From: Squalus acanthias
Taxonomy: Eukaryota
NCBI GenBank assembly: GCA_030390025.1
Contig: CM059432.1
Span: forward strand, 34,784,001 to 34,848,000
Length of the DNA: 64,000 nucleotides
Direction of reading: 5' to 3'
The notes below the pieces were generated by a model, which ran no database searches, had not been told where the DNA came from, and saw only the letters and a list, made by a program, of their open reading frames with translations. Both the position numbers and the translations under genes were made by a program. Of the stretch, positions 48,553 through 61,489 are shown piece after piece; the stretch's first letter is position 1, and each line of letters begins with the position of its first letter.

Positions 48553-51228
48553 TTACATAGGATTACATAGGATATACGACAGAGAAACAGGCCATTCGGC
48601 CCAACCAGTCCATGCCGGCGTTTATGCTCCACTCGAGCCTCCTCCCGTCTTTCCTCATCTAAATCTATCAGCATAACCCTCTATTTCCCTTCTCCCTCAT
48701 ATGCTTGTCTAGCCTCCCCTTAAATGCATCTATGCTATTCGCTTCAACCACTCCTTGTGGTAACGAGTTCCAGATTCTCACCACTCTTTGGGTAAAGAAG
48801 TTTCTTCTGAATTCCCTATTGGATTTCTTGGTGACTATCTTATACTGATGGCCTCTAGTTATGCTCTTCCCCACAAGTGGAAACATTCTCTCCGTATCCA
48901 CTCTATCAAAACCTTTCATAATTTTAAAGACCTCTATTAGGTCACCCCTCAGCCTTCTTTTTTCAAGAGAAAATAGACCCAGCCTGTTCATCCTTTCCTG
49001 ATATGTATACCCTCGCATTTCTGGTATCATCCTTGTAAATCTTCTCTGCACCCTCTCCAGTGCCTCTATATCCTTTTTATAATATGGCGAGCAGAACTGT
49101 ACGCAGTACTCCAAGTGTGGTCTAACCAAGGTTCGATACAGGTTTAGCATAACTTCCCTACTTTTCAATTCTATACCTCCAGAAATAAACCCTAGTGCTT
49201 GGTTTGCCTTTTTTATGGCCTTGCTAAATAACCTGTGTCGTAACTTTAATGATTTGTGTATTTGTACTCTGAGATCCCTTTGTTCCTCTACCCCACCTAG
49301 ACTCGCACCCTCCAAGTAATAAGTGACCTCCCTATTCTTCCTACCAAAATGTAATACCTCACATTTATCTGTGTTGAACTTCATTTGCCAATTATATGCC
49401 CATTCTGCAAGTTTATTAATGTCCTCCTGTAATTTGTTGCAGTCCTTTCAGTATTGACTATCCCCCCCAATTTGGTGTCATCTGCAAATTTAGAAATTGT
49501 GTTTTTGATTCCAAAGTCTAAATCGTTAATGTAAATTGTGAATAGCAGTGGTCCCAGCACTGATCCTTGTGGAACACCACAACCCTCCTTCTGCCACTGT
49601 GAATAGCTACTTTTTACTCCTACTCTCTACTTTCTGTCTTGAAGCCAGCTAGCTATCCATTCTGCTACTTGTCCCCTAACTCTGCATTCTCTGACCTTGT
49701 TCATCAGTCTATTATGGGGTACCTTATTGAAGGCCTTTTGAAAATCTAGATAAATTACATCTACTGCATTACCATTGTCTACTCTCTCTGTTACCTCTTC
49801 AAAAAATTCAATGAGGTTGGTCAAGCCAGACTTTCCCTTTTGAAATCCATGCTGACTATTCATTATTATGTTTTTGGTTTCTAGATGTTCTTCTATTTTC
49901 TCCTTTAGTAGGGATTCCATTATTTTCCTACCACCGATGTTAAGCTGACTGGTCTATAATCCCCTGGACATGTTCTATCCCCCTTCTTAAATATCGGTAT
50001 TACATTAGCTATCTGCCAGTCCTCTGGCAATACACCTTTTTATAATGAATTATTAAATATGTGTAGTAATGCCTCTGCTATCTCTTCCCTAGATTCTTTT
50101 AAAATGCGTGGATGCAATACATCCGGACTAGGGGTTTTATCCTCTTTGAGTTTGATTAGTTTATTTAATATATCCCCTCTTTTTATTTTAAATGCACTTA
50201 TCTCATTACTAATCTCATCATCCAATGTCATGTCCACCTGTTCTATCTCCCTGGTAAATACTGAAGCAAAATAATTATTTAATATTTCCGCCATCTCTCT
50301 ATCGTTACCTGTGGTATTATTCTGTCTTAATTGCCGTATTCCCATCCCAACCTTCCTTTTTTTATTGATGTGCCTGTAAAATATTTTACAATTTTGTGTT
50401 ATGTTCCTTGATAATTTAATTTCATAGTTCCTCTTTGCAATCCTAATTGTTTTTTTGACTTCTCTCCTAATCTCTTCATATTCTTCCTTATCATGCACTC
50501 CCTGTTGTCTATGTACTTAATGTATGCCTCGTTCCTTACCCTCAATTGTTCCCTTATGGCTTTATTCATCCATGGAGTCTCATTAGTGTTTAGTTTGTTC
50601 TTTCCTTTTAGCGGAATATATTGTTTTTGCACTCTGTTTAAATGTTTCCTATTTCTGTTCTGTTCTGTTCTACATCGTTGTTTGCCAATATTGTTGCCCA
50701 TTTTATTTTCCCAAGTTCTGTTCTCAGCCCCTCAAAATCAGCTTTTCTCCAATCTATTACCCTGGTTTTTGTCAAACTTATGTCCTTCTCAATTATCATC
50801 TTAAAGCGGATTATATTATGGTCACTATTGCCTAGATGTTCCCCTACTTTTACTTCTCTTATCTGCTCTGGTTCATTCTCCATATCTAGATCCAATAGCA
50901 AATCCTCCCTTGTTGGGCTTTTTACACATTGGGTTAGAAAGGAGTCCTGAACACATTGTAGGAACTCTGTTCCCTTATCCCCTTTACCTACCTCTTCTGT
51001 CCAATTAATATCGGGGTAGTTGAAATCCCCCATGATTATTATTCTATGTTTTTTACTAATTTCCCTAATTTCTCTGTATATTTCTTTCTCTACCTCCCGT
51101 CCACTATTAGGTGGTCTGTAGACTACACCTATTAGTGTGATTGATCCTTTATTATCTTTTATCTCTATCCATATGGATTCTATTTTTGTCTTGCTGATAG
51201 CTGTGTCACTTTTTTCTATTGCCATTAT
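48553..51228 (-). mobile_element. CR1 (endonuclease plus RT, 5'-truncated) nested in an older CR1 fragment (48455-48552 and 51229-51365)
   Basis: GVVYRPPN, MGDFNYP, SDHN and RT motifs; (ATCCTATGTA)-type tail; host CR1 KLGGN|V..CEEDAKRL is split. Confidence 0.9.
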
Positions 51229-51614
51229 GTTATTCCCACCTAGCTTTGTATCATCAGCAAACTTGGATATATTACATTTGGTCCCCTCATCCAAATCATT
51301 GATATAGATTGTGAATAGCTGAGGCCCAAGCACTAGTTACAGCCTGCCAACCTGAAAATGACCTTCTCTCGATTTTTGTTTCCATTGACTTCCGATCCGA
51401 TTTATGTGAAAATGACCCCCAATGAATGGAAATGGCACCCAACCATGTTTACTGTAATACAGCAGAGCCTCTGTATACTCAACTAAGTTGATAGTCTTGG
51501 CTCAGTGGTAGTGGTCCCACCTCTGAGACAGAAGGTCATGAGTTCAAGTTCCATTCTAGAGACTTGAACATAGGCTGACACCAAAGCAGTACATCTTTTG
51601 GAAGAGACAAGTGT

Positions 51615-52055
51615 GTCAGCCAGTGGCTCAGTGGGTAGCACCTTTGCCTCTGAGTCAGAAGGTTGTGGGTTCAAGTCCCACTCCAGCGACTTGAGCACAA
51701 AATCTAGGTTGACACTCCAGTGTCGCTGCACTGTCGGAGGTGCCATCTTTTGGATGAGACGTTAAACCGAGGCCCCGTCTGCTCTCTTAAGTGGACATAA
51801 AACATCCCATGGCACTATTTCAAAGAAGCCTTGGTGTCCTGGCCAATATTTATCCCTCAATCAAAATAACAAAAACTGATTATCTGGTCATTATCACATT
51901 GCTGTTTGTGGGATCTTGCTGAGTGCAATTTGGCTGCTGCGTTTCCTACATTACAACAGTGACTACACTTCAAAAAAGCACTTCCTTGGCTGTAAAGTGC
52001 TTTGGGATGTTGGGTGGTCGTGAAAGGCACTACATAAATGCAAGACTTTCTTTCA
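51615..52055 (+). mobile_element. DeuSINE (SacSINE1-like)
   Basis: tRNA head GTGGCTCAGTGGGTAGCA..GGTTCAAGTCCC, Deu-type core and L2-like tail. Confidence 0.8.
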
Positions 52056-52099
52056 CTAACCGAAGCCCCGTCTACCCTCTTAGGTAGACGTACGACCAC

Positions 52100-52470
52100 C
52101 ATATTCCATCCCCCTTTGCGCTGCCGGTAACTGGCAGCGCCCTGGGGAAAAAAAGTGGCGTGGTGATGTCAATTAGCATGCAACGCCGACTTAACGTCAC
52201 CAACGCGAACTTCGACCTTAGCGCTGAATTCAGTGCTGTGTCCTAAGGACCCGCGGTTAACCTGGTGTGCAAGCAGGCTGACAGTGGTGATGTCTGCAGC
52301 TCTTAAAGGGACACATACATCATTCAGGTAAGTTTGAATTTAAGGGTTTGGACTGGTTTTTTTTGATTTTATTGAAGTGGTGGCTTGCTGCAATAGATGT
52401 GAAAAGTTTTTTAAGTGTGTAGGGAGTGCTGCTGGATGCTTGCAAGGGCTCAGATGGTAAACGAAGGCAC
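52100..52470 (+). mobile_element. Probable Harbinger subterminal/5' UTR fragment
   Basis: GC-rich with AGCGCC/TAGCGCT motifs, a TTAAAGGG box and then CAG|GTAAGT. Confidence 0.4.
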
Positions 52471-52610
52471 TTTGAGAAGACAGAACATGCTGCAAATACT
52501 CAGCAGGTCACACAATATCCGTGGAGAGAAAAACAGAGTTCACATCTCAGGTCGACATGCTGCCTAACCAACTGAGTATTTCCAGCATTTTATGCTGTCA
52601 TTTCTGATCT

Positions 52611-52760
52611 TACCGAGAGCAGCGGCGAGAGCGGACCTGGTCGGGGACAGAGCAGAGCCAGGGGAATAAAGAGCGGAGGAGAGAGAGGCCCAAACTCACC
52701 GAGAGCAGCGATGAGAGCGGACCTGGTCAGGGACGGAGCGGAGCCCGGGGAATAAAGAGC

Positions 52761-52798
<38 letters not shown>

Positions 52799-53945
52799 AA
52801 AAAAAAATCGAGGAGTGACATCACAGGACAGCAGGTAGGTGATTGGTTGGTGAGTATTACAGTTTTTTTCATCTCTAAGCTCGCTAAGAAATTGTAAATT
52901 GCTCTAACTTTACTTTATTAAATTAGTAACTAAAACTAGGTAAATCAATTAAGTAATAAAACTAAAATAATTTATTTAAAATATAATTAATTAACTAATC
53001 AAATAAATAAAGAAGGTTAGATAGATATGGCAGTGCAGGTGGTGTGCCGTAACTGCAGCATGTGGGAGTTTGTGGAGACCAGCGAGATCCCGAGTAACCA
53101 CATCTGTGTTAAGTGTCTGCTGCTCGAGGAACTTCGACTCCGAGTTGTTGAGCTGGAGTACGAGGTACAGACATTGCGGGGCATCAGGGAGGGGGAGAGT
53201 TACCTAAACACTTTGTTCCAGGAGGCAGGCACACTCCTTAGGTTAAGCAGTACTTTAGAGTTCATCAATGGTCAGGGACAGGAGGATGCGACTGCGAGTC
53301 AGGAAGGTATGGGGACCCAGGATGTAGTGATGGAGGAGCCTCGGCCCTTGACTTTGACCAACAGGTATGAAATACTTGCTAGCTGTGGGGATGAGAACAA
53401 GGACTGCAGGGCGGATGAGCAAACTGACCATGGCACCATGGTACAGGAGGCCATACAAGTGGGGGGAGTGAAAAGGAATGTGGTAGTGGTAGGGGACAGT
53501 ATAGTCAGAGGGATAGATACTGTTCTCTGCTGCCGCGACCGGGAGTTCCGAAGGTTGTGTTGCCTGCCAGGGTAAAGGATGTCTCCTCACAGCTGGAGAA
53601 GAACTTAGAGTGGGAGGGGGAGGATTCAGTTCTCGTGGTCCATGTAGGAACCAATGACATAGGTAAAACTAGGAATGAGGTTCTGCTGAGAGTTTGAGGA
53701 GCTATGGTCGAAATTAAAACGCAGAACCTCACAGGTAATAACCTCTGAATTGTTACCTGAGCCACGCGCAAATTGGCATAGGGACAAACAGATTAGAAGG
53801 TTAAATGCGTGGATCAAAGAGTGGTGTGGAAACCAGGGGTTTCAATTTATGGGGCACTGGCACCAGTGCTGGGGAAAGAGGGAGCTGTCCTGTGGAGACA
53901 GGCTCCATTTGGGCCAGTGTCCTGACGAATCGAATAACTAGGGCG
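52611..53945 (+). mobile_element. CR1 5' end: tandem-repeat 5' UTR and ORF1 (zinc finger/leucine zipper plus SGNH esterase), 3'-deleted
   Basis: ORF 53027: CRNCSMW..CVKC, heptad leucines, VVVGDSIVRG, HVGTNDIG; two roughly 87-bp repeats at 52611-52770. Confidence 0.88.
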
Positions 53946-54116
53946 GGGGGTGGGAGGATTCAGGAAAGGGTAAATTCAAAACAAAGTGATTATCTGCACA
54001 AACATTTTTGTGTCCTTCTGCGTATGTGCGCTGTCACCGAGGCCGCTCATGCGCAGTACCTCACAGTTGCAGCTGTAGTGTGGGCCGGGCTTTCCTCAGC
54101 TCCATGGAATTCTGGA

Positions 54117-55698
54117 TAAGCCTCTTCCTTTAATCTAATACTATTTTTAAGTTCTCTTGTTAGCCACGGGTGGACCATTTTTCCCGTGGTGTTTTTATTC
54201 CTTAAGGGAATGTATATTTGTTGCGAATTATGAATTATTTCTTTAAATGTTTGCCCTTGCTTTTCTACTGGCATATCTTTTAATCTAGTTTCCTAACCTA
54301 ACTTTGCCAACTCGCCTCTCATACCTACATAGTTTGTTTTGTTCAGGTTTATGACCCTAGTTTTGGACTTAACAAAATCACTCTCAAACTCAACATAAAA
54401 TTCTATCATATTATGATCACTGCTCCCCAGAGGCTCCTTTACTACAAGGTTATTAATTAACCCTGTGTCATTGCACAGTACTAGATCTAAATTAGCCAAT
54501 TTCCACGTAGGTTCCTTGACATACTGATCTAGAAAACTACCTTGAATGCATTCCATAAACAAAATTAGGGCTTATGGGATTGGGGGTAATATACTAGCAT
54601 GGATTGAGGATTGGTTAACGGACAGAAAACAGAGAGTAGGAATAAACGGGTCATTTTCGGGTTGGCAGGCTGTAACTAGTGGGGTACCACAAGGATCAAT
54701 GCTTGGGCCTCAGCTATTCACAATCTACATCAATGATTTGGATGATGGGACCAAATGTAATATATCCAAGTTTGCTGATGATACAAAGCTGGGTGGGAAT
54801 GTAAGTTGTGAGGAGGATGCAAAGAGGCTTCAAGGGGATATAGACAGGCTAAGTGAGTGGCAAGAACATAGCAAATGGAATATAATGTGGTGAAATATGA
54901 AGTTATCCACTTTGGTAGGAAAAATAGAAAAGCAGAGTATTTTTTAAATGGTGAGAGATTGGGAAAAGTTGGTGTTCAGAGGGACCTGGGTGTCCGTGTA
55001 CACGAATCACTGAAAGTTAACATGCAGGTACAGCAAGCAATTAGGAAAGCAAATGGCATGTTGGCTTTTATTACAAGAGGATTTGAGTATAAGAGAAGAT
55101 GTCTTACTTCAATTATATAGAGCCCTGGTGAGACCACACCTGGAGTATTGTGTACAGTTTTGGTCTCCCTACCTAAGGAAGGATATATTCGCCATAGAGG
55201 GAGTGCTATGAAGGTTCACCAGACTGGTTCCTGGGATGGGGGGATCGTCCTATGAGGAGAGATTGAGTAGACTAGGCCTATATTCTCTAGTGTTTAGAAG
55301 AATGAGGGTGATCTCATTGAAACATATAAAATTCTTACAGGGCTTGACAGGGTAAATGCAGGGAGGATGTTTCCCCTGGCTGGGGAGTCTAGAACCCGGG
55401 GTCACAGTCTCAGAATAAGGGGTTGCCCATTTAGGACTGAGATGACAGGAAATTTCTTCACTCAGAGGGTGGTGAATCTTTGGAATTCTCTACCCCAGAG
55501 GATTATGGAGGCTCAGTCGTTGATTATGCTCAAAACAGAGATTGATAGATTTTTGGATGTTAAGGGAATCAAGGGATATGGGGATAGGGTGGGAAAGTGG
55601 AGTTGAGGTGGAAGATCAGCCATGATCTTATTGAACGGCGGAGCAGGCTTGAGGGGCTGAATGGCCTACTCCTGCTCCTATTTCTTATGTTCTTATGT
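54117..55698. mobile_element. CR1 with an inverted 5' segment (54117-54560 -, 54555-55698 +)
   Basis: An endonuclease-linker segment on - abuts the RT-to-tail segment on +. Confidence 0.8.
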
Positions 55699-57739
55699 AT
55701 AATGAGTTGCCAATCCTGTATCACTCATTTTACACTATCGCAAAAAGTTAAAATTATTCCTGTTGTAATTGAGAGAGTTGTCAGCAAATTAATTATGTTT
55801 GGACACCTCCATTCATTGGTTGTACCTTGGATAAGGGTCTCTAAGTTGGCAATGTGGCCCAGGGGCAGCCTGGTGCCCACTTCGGTTTCTTGTCGTCGTA
55901 CCCATTCACCGGCTAGATGCAATCAAGAGAGGGGGTGGCTGTCATTGCAAAATGGGCAAGAAAGGCCCGAGGGTCAGCAGTGAATCTAGTGGCTGGACGG
56001 TTGGGAGAGAACGGGCACGTCCAATTCTCACCTGGAAGATTGTGGACTAAAGTTTGGCCTTGGACCATACTTCTATTCAGGGCTGGTAAAGTCTTCGGTT
56101 TTTCATCAAATTACTTCTGTTGTCACTTTGAACGACATGCCTCTTGGATATCTACCCTTAGAGACATGACGCTGACCACAGGAACATGGGAATTGCTAGA
56201 CAAAAAAGACCATGGTCTATCTAGTTCGCCTTCTGCCATCCTGGTAGTCACATGATACAGTGATCATGGGGTTGTTGACTAATCATAGCAATCATTCTCT
56301 ATCAATTCGTCTGCAACAACAACAACAACTTGTATTTATCTAGCACCTTTAACGTCCCAAGGCACTGCACAGGAGTATTTTAAGACAGACTCAGACATGA
56401 GGTGAGGAAATCCCCAGTGGTGGAGAGCTTTGGGAACCATAGGTCCAAAGTTACCTGCTCTGTCCAAGCATGTCATGTTTCAAATTACTCATATACCATA
56501 TCCCAAAATGTGTCCATCCTGCTTATTTCAAGCTTATTTGTTGTTTGAAAAACCTGGTTTAAAAAAAACCTTTTCAAAAAAAAAAGTTAATTTCCCTAGC
56601 CATGTGGGGAGGAGCAAGGTTTTTTAAAATTCATTCTTGGGATGTGGGCGTCACTGGCAAGGCCGGCATGTATTGTCCATCTGCCGTCCTGACCTGGTCT
56701 GGCCAATATGTGACTCCAGACCCACAGCAATGTGGTTGACTCTTAACTGCCCTCTGAAATGGCCTAGCAAGACATTCAGTTGTATTCAAGAAGGCAGCTC
56801 ACCACCACCATCTCGAGGGCAATTAGGGATGGGCAATAAATGCTGGCCTTGCCAGCGACGCCCAGATCCCATGAATGAATAATAAAAAAAACTCTAGTAG
56901 CCCCAAGAAGGTGGTGTTGGGCCTTCTTCTTGAGCTTCTGGTAGTGAGGTTGAACAAAATGGAGGGGAGGGATGATGAGGGGAAGTGCCCACAAGCAGTT
57001 GGAGAGATGACTTTTGACTTTAAGGAATCTTTTAAAACTGGGGAAAGAGGTAGTAAGGTGAAGAGGTTTAGGAACAGGGTTTTAAGGGCTGAAAGTTAAT
57101 TTCCCCAGCCGTGTGTTTTTTTTTTTTAATTCATTTTTGAGATGCGGGTGTCACTGGCAAGGCCAGCCATTGATGCTGGAGCAGAGGGAATGGTAGGACG
57201 GGAATAACGCACATCATACCAGAGTTGGAAGAGCAGAGTGCATGCTGGTAAATAGGGCTGGAAACAACTGCAAGATGGAGAAAGGTCACAAGAAATGACT
57301 TAGGAACATAGGAATTGCTAGACAAAAAATACCAAGGTCCATCTAGTTTGCCTTCTACCATCCTGGTAGTCACATGATTTGAAGACACATTCATGAAAGC
57401 ATGAAGGCCAACTGCAATTTGTAATTTAAAAAATTCAGTGACCTCACATCCTTATCAGTGTCACTATCAAGAAAAAATCAACTTATTAAAAATATTTTCA
57501 ATGCAAGCATCAGTCTCATCTTGGTTCCGTTATACCAAGAGCAATAAAGCAAAATTACACCATAAAATATCTCTGATTGACCAAGATATGAAAGTCCTGT
57601 CACATGGTATTCCTGGGCAATTAGCTGTCAGTTTATGATCAACCTTTCATTTAAAGTATTGGAGATCACTGGAGCAGATATCGTTTTATTAAGAAGCTCA
57701 AGTGCAGGACCAAACCACATGATGCAGGACACGAAGACT

Positions 57740-58170
57740 GAAGCAAATAGGAGAGAAGATGGGATAAATCACGATATGATAGAAGTGTTTCTAATTATGA
57801 AGGATGGGACAGGATAGATAGAAGCAGATGGTTTCCAGTAGTTGAGAGGTCAAGAATGAGTGGTCATAGATATACCAACAACAACAACTTATATTTATAA
57901 GATTAAATGTAAGAGATTTAGAACAGAGGCAGGAGAAACCTCTTTACACAGAGAGTTGTGAGGCTGTGGAATTCATTTGCTGGGTTAGTAATTGAGGCAG
58001 AAATTATGTCAACATTCAAAATTAGCTTAGATAGGTGGATGAAGGGAAAGAGGTTGAAGGGATATGGGAACAGGGTGGGTAAATGTAATTAGGACTATTT
58101 GCTTGCGTGGAGGGCAAATGTCAACACAGACTGGTTGGGCTAAATGACCTATTTCCATGTTGTACCTTAC
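57740..58170 (+). mobile_element. Old CR1 3' fragment
   Basis: Degenerate DMIEVFLIMKG..FTQRVVRLWNS. Confidence 0.7.
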
Positions 58171-59527
58171 CTGTATGTATTGAGTAATATTATAACTAAG
58201 TTCAAATTAGTTTCCTACCTTGTTTTCTCTATCACATTCATCCTTTCTTTCTGGACAGGGTGGCAGTCATATTGACTATCTTGAGTGGCATCACAGCTAA
58301 GCCCTGATTCTGCCTAGGCACTTTCTACACAGACACTTTCCAGTAGGGTGGGCGGGGGGTTACTGGGTAGTGATCAGGAGCTGGTACCCTGGGGTTAAAT
58401 TTGACCCTCCCTCCCAGCACTGGGGTGGGGCGGGGGGAGAATTATTGCTATCCTGAGTGACATTAGTACAGGGACCTATCCCATGCTATCGACCCTTCCT
58501 TCTCCAACTAGCTTTCCCTCTCTCTTCTCCACCCGAGTGATGCTTAAGGTGGTAATGACAAGAAGCTAGCCAATGGTGAAGCGCTGTATAAACACAAGTT
58601 GGAAAAACGGTGACAGTTTTACTCATGGGGCTGAATTTCAGCTTTTCTGTCTCAACTAAATAAATCAGCGATCCCTCTTGTATCTGTCATTAAATTGCCA
58701 ATAAATTTTAATGTCAGGCTTAAACGCCAATAACCTGTTGAGATAAAGAACGTCAAAGCAGCTAGAGGGGAAGATATCGCTAAGATAACACAAACCGTGC
58801 TGACATTTATTTTTTAATTTGTCCTCATTAATGACTTATTGCTATCAATATGATGGCAAATCTTGGCTGCAAAGAGTGGATAAGAGGATCATAAATTAGC
58901 ACGAGAAAAACAGGATTAAGTGCATCCACTGGAAAACTTAGATGAAATGAAAATATATTGAACCATTGACATCGTTTCACTGTGAGCACAGGTAGAAATA
59001 TATTGCTTCTCTGATTGATCGCATGTGTTCGTTATGAGGGGTAGATTACATGCTAATTATTGGCAAAAAGGGGCCCTGCATCAACATTGTGCATTCTGGG
59101 TTAACTGCCCTATCAGGGGGATCTTTCCGAATTTGGCCACGGGTAGGGTAGTGTTTAGAAATTGCAGGGCTTGTTGGGCATGAATTTCCCACCAACTGGG
59201 GGCCCTCAATGAGCCTTGTAGCCTCGTCGAGGAAGAGACCGAAGCTCCGGCCTCTGAATACTATGTTGACATCCAATGGGGCCCCCTGACAGGTGTCTTC
59301 ATTTCAGAAAAACGCAGTGCATGATCTGGTGAGTGTAAAAAGCAGTGGAGGAAATGGGTTGTCACATGTGCTGTTAGGCAACGAAAGAGAGAGAGAAGAA
59401 TGTGCCTTGTACACATTTGTGTACGTGCATAGTTGCAAAACTAAAATAATCTTTGTACGAAGTGCCCGTATGGGCTCTTGCAATTTACTGGGATTAGAAT
59501 CAGTTTAACCAGTCTTGTGCAAACTTC

Positions 59528-59990
59528 AGTGTCAGCCATCGCTCACTGGTAGCACGCTCGCTTCTGAGTCAGAAGGTTGTGGGTTCAATTCCCACTCCAG
59601 GGACTTGAGCACAAAATCTAGGCTGACACTAAGGGAGTGCTGCACTATCAGAGGTGCAGTCTTTTGGATGAGACGTTAAACTTAGGCCCCGTCTGCCCTC
59701 TATGTTGGACACAAAAAATCCCATCGCACTATTCAAAGAGGAGATGGAGAGTTCTCCCGGTGTCCTGGCCAATGCTTATCCCTCAACCAATTTCAATAAA
59801 ACAGATTATCTGGTCATTATCACATTGATGTTTGTGGGAGCTTGCTGTGTGCAAATTGGCTGCCGTGTTTCCTACATTACAATAGAGACTACACTTCGAA
59901 AAGTACTTCATTGGCTGTAAAGCGTTTTGGGGCATCCTGAGATTGTGAAAGGCGCTATATAAATGCAAGTTCTTTTTTTCTTTTTTTTTT
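59528..59990 (+). mobile_element. DeuSINE (SacSINE1-like), near full length
   Basis: Same head, core and tail as 51615. Confidence 0.82.
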
Positions 59991-60230
59991 CCAAGAAGTT
60001 TTTGAGGAGAAGCATCGGGCAAATGGTCCTTCCTTATTTATCGGGCTGGGCGCTGAATACTTGACACATGTGGGTATACAAAAGGAGGAAAGGCTAGTTG
60101 GCCAATCTGGAGCCACCTGAGCAATGGAAAAAATTGTAACTATTAGTATGTAGCTGGTAGAGGGTTGTCCAGCAGCAAATGTTGCCAAGTTGGCCAGAAA
60201 GGCTGATCTGAAGCACCAGCTGCCATTGTT

Positions 60231-61030
60231 ACATAGAATCATAGAATGATCACAGCACAGAAGGAGGCCATTCGGCCCGTCGAGCCCGTGCCGGCTCTCT
60301 GCAAGAGCACTTCAGCTAGTCCCCCCCGCACTTTCCCTGTAGCCCTGCAAATTTTTTTCCTTCAGGTACTTATCCAATTCCCTTTTGAAAGCCACAATTG
60401 AATCTGCCTCCACCACCCTTTCAGGCAGTGCATTCCAGATCCTAACCACTCGCTGCGTAAAAAAGCTTTTCCTCATGTCGCCTTTCGTTCTTCTGTCAAT
60501 CACCTTAATTCTGTGTCCTCTGGTTCTCGACCCTTCCGCCAATGGGAACAGTTTCTCTCTATCTGCTCTGTCTAGACCCCTCATGATTTTGAACACCTCT
60601 GTCAAATCTCCTCTCAACCTTCTCTGCTCTAAGGAGAACAACCCCAGCTTCTCCAGTCTATCCATGTAACTGAAGTCCCTCATCCCTGGAACTATTCTTG
60701 TAAATCTTTTCTGCACCCTCTCTAAGGCCTTCATATTCTTCCTAAAGTGCGGGTCCCAGAATTGGACACAATACTCCAGTTGAGGTCGGACCAGTGTTTT
60801 ATAAAGGCTCATCATAACTTCCCTGCTTTTGTACTCTATGCCTCTATTTATGAAGCACAGGATCCCGTATGCTTTTTTAACCGCTATCTCAACCTGCCCT
60901 GCCACCTTCAATGATTTGTGCACATACACCCCCAGGTCTCTCCTGTTCATGAAACCCCTTTAGAATTGTACCCTTTAGTTTATATTGCCTCTCCTCGTTC
61001 TTCCTACCAAAATGTAGCACTTCATACTTT
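60231..61030 (-). mobile_element. CR1 3' fragment
   Basis: ORF 60312-60950; (ATTCTATG)n tail. Confidence 0.92.
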
Positions 61031-61049
61031 CATACATCATACCATGACA

Positions 61050-61220
61050 ACAGAACAAAAGAAAAATACTGCGGATGCTGAAAATCTGAAATGAAAATGC
61101 TGGAAACACTCAGCAGGTCAGGCAGCATCTGTGGAGAGAGAAACAGGGTTAACGTTTCAGGTCGATGACCTTTCATCAGAACTGGAAGATGTTAGAGGTA
61201 AACAGTTTTTAAGCAAGACT
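61050..61220 (-). mobile_element. Penelope-type short element with a hammerhead motif (61148-61182)
   Basis: GUU-CUGAUGA-A-AGGUC(AUC)GACCU-GAAA-CG-UU-AAC. Confidence 0.8.
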
Positions 61221-61489
61221 GTAATTATACTGCACCTGGTGCCCACTCCAAGTGAGACTACCCACTGGAGGTGATCTCACATCTCTTGCTTCAGTGCCCG
61301 CAGGAGTCAGGTGGCCGACCTTATTCCCGAGTTAGACTGCCACTTTTGCATTGATGTGGATCTGAATGGGTCCAATGGAGCTCTTGAAAGTTTTACAGAC
61401 CAATTTTTCAATCTAGAATGCAGGAAATGATGCTCCTGTACAGATGCTCCTAATATATAAAAGAAATAGCCACCCAGAGAAAAATATTT

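Noticed and set aside
51615..51690. tRNA gene
   Set aside because: The A/B boxes continue into a SINE body that is repeated at 59528 and 35643.
59200..59335. Possible exon ending at the GTGAGT donor at 59329
   Set aside because: No recognisable peptide and an ambiguous acceptor; the support is too weak.
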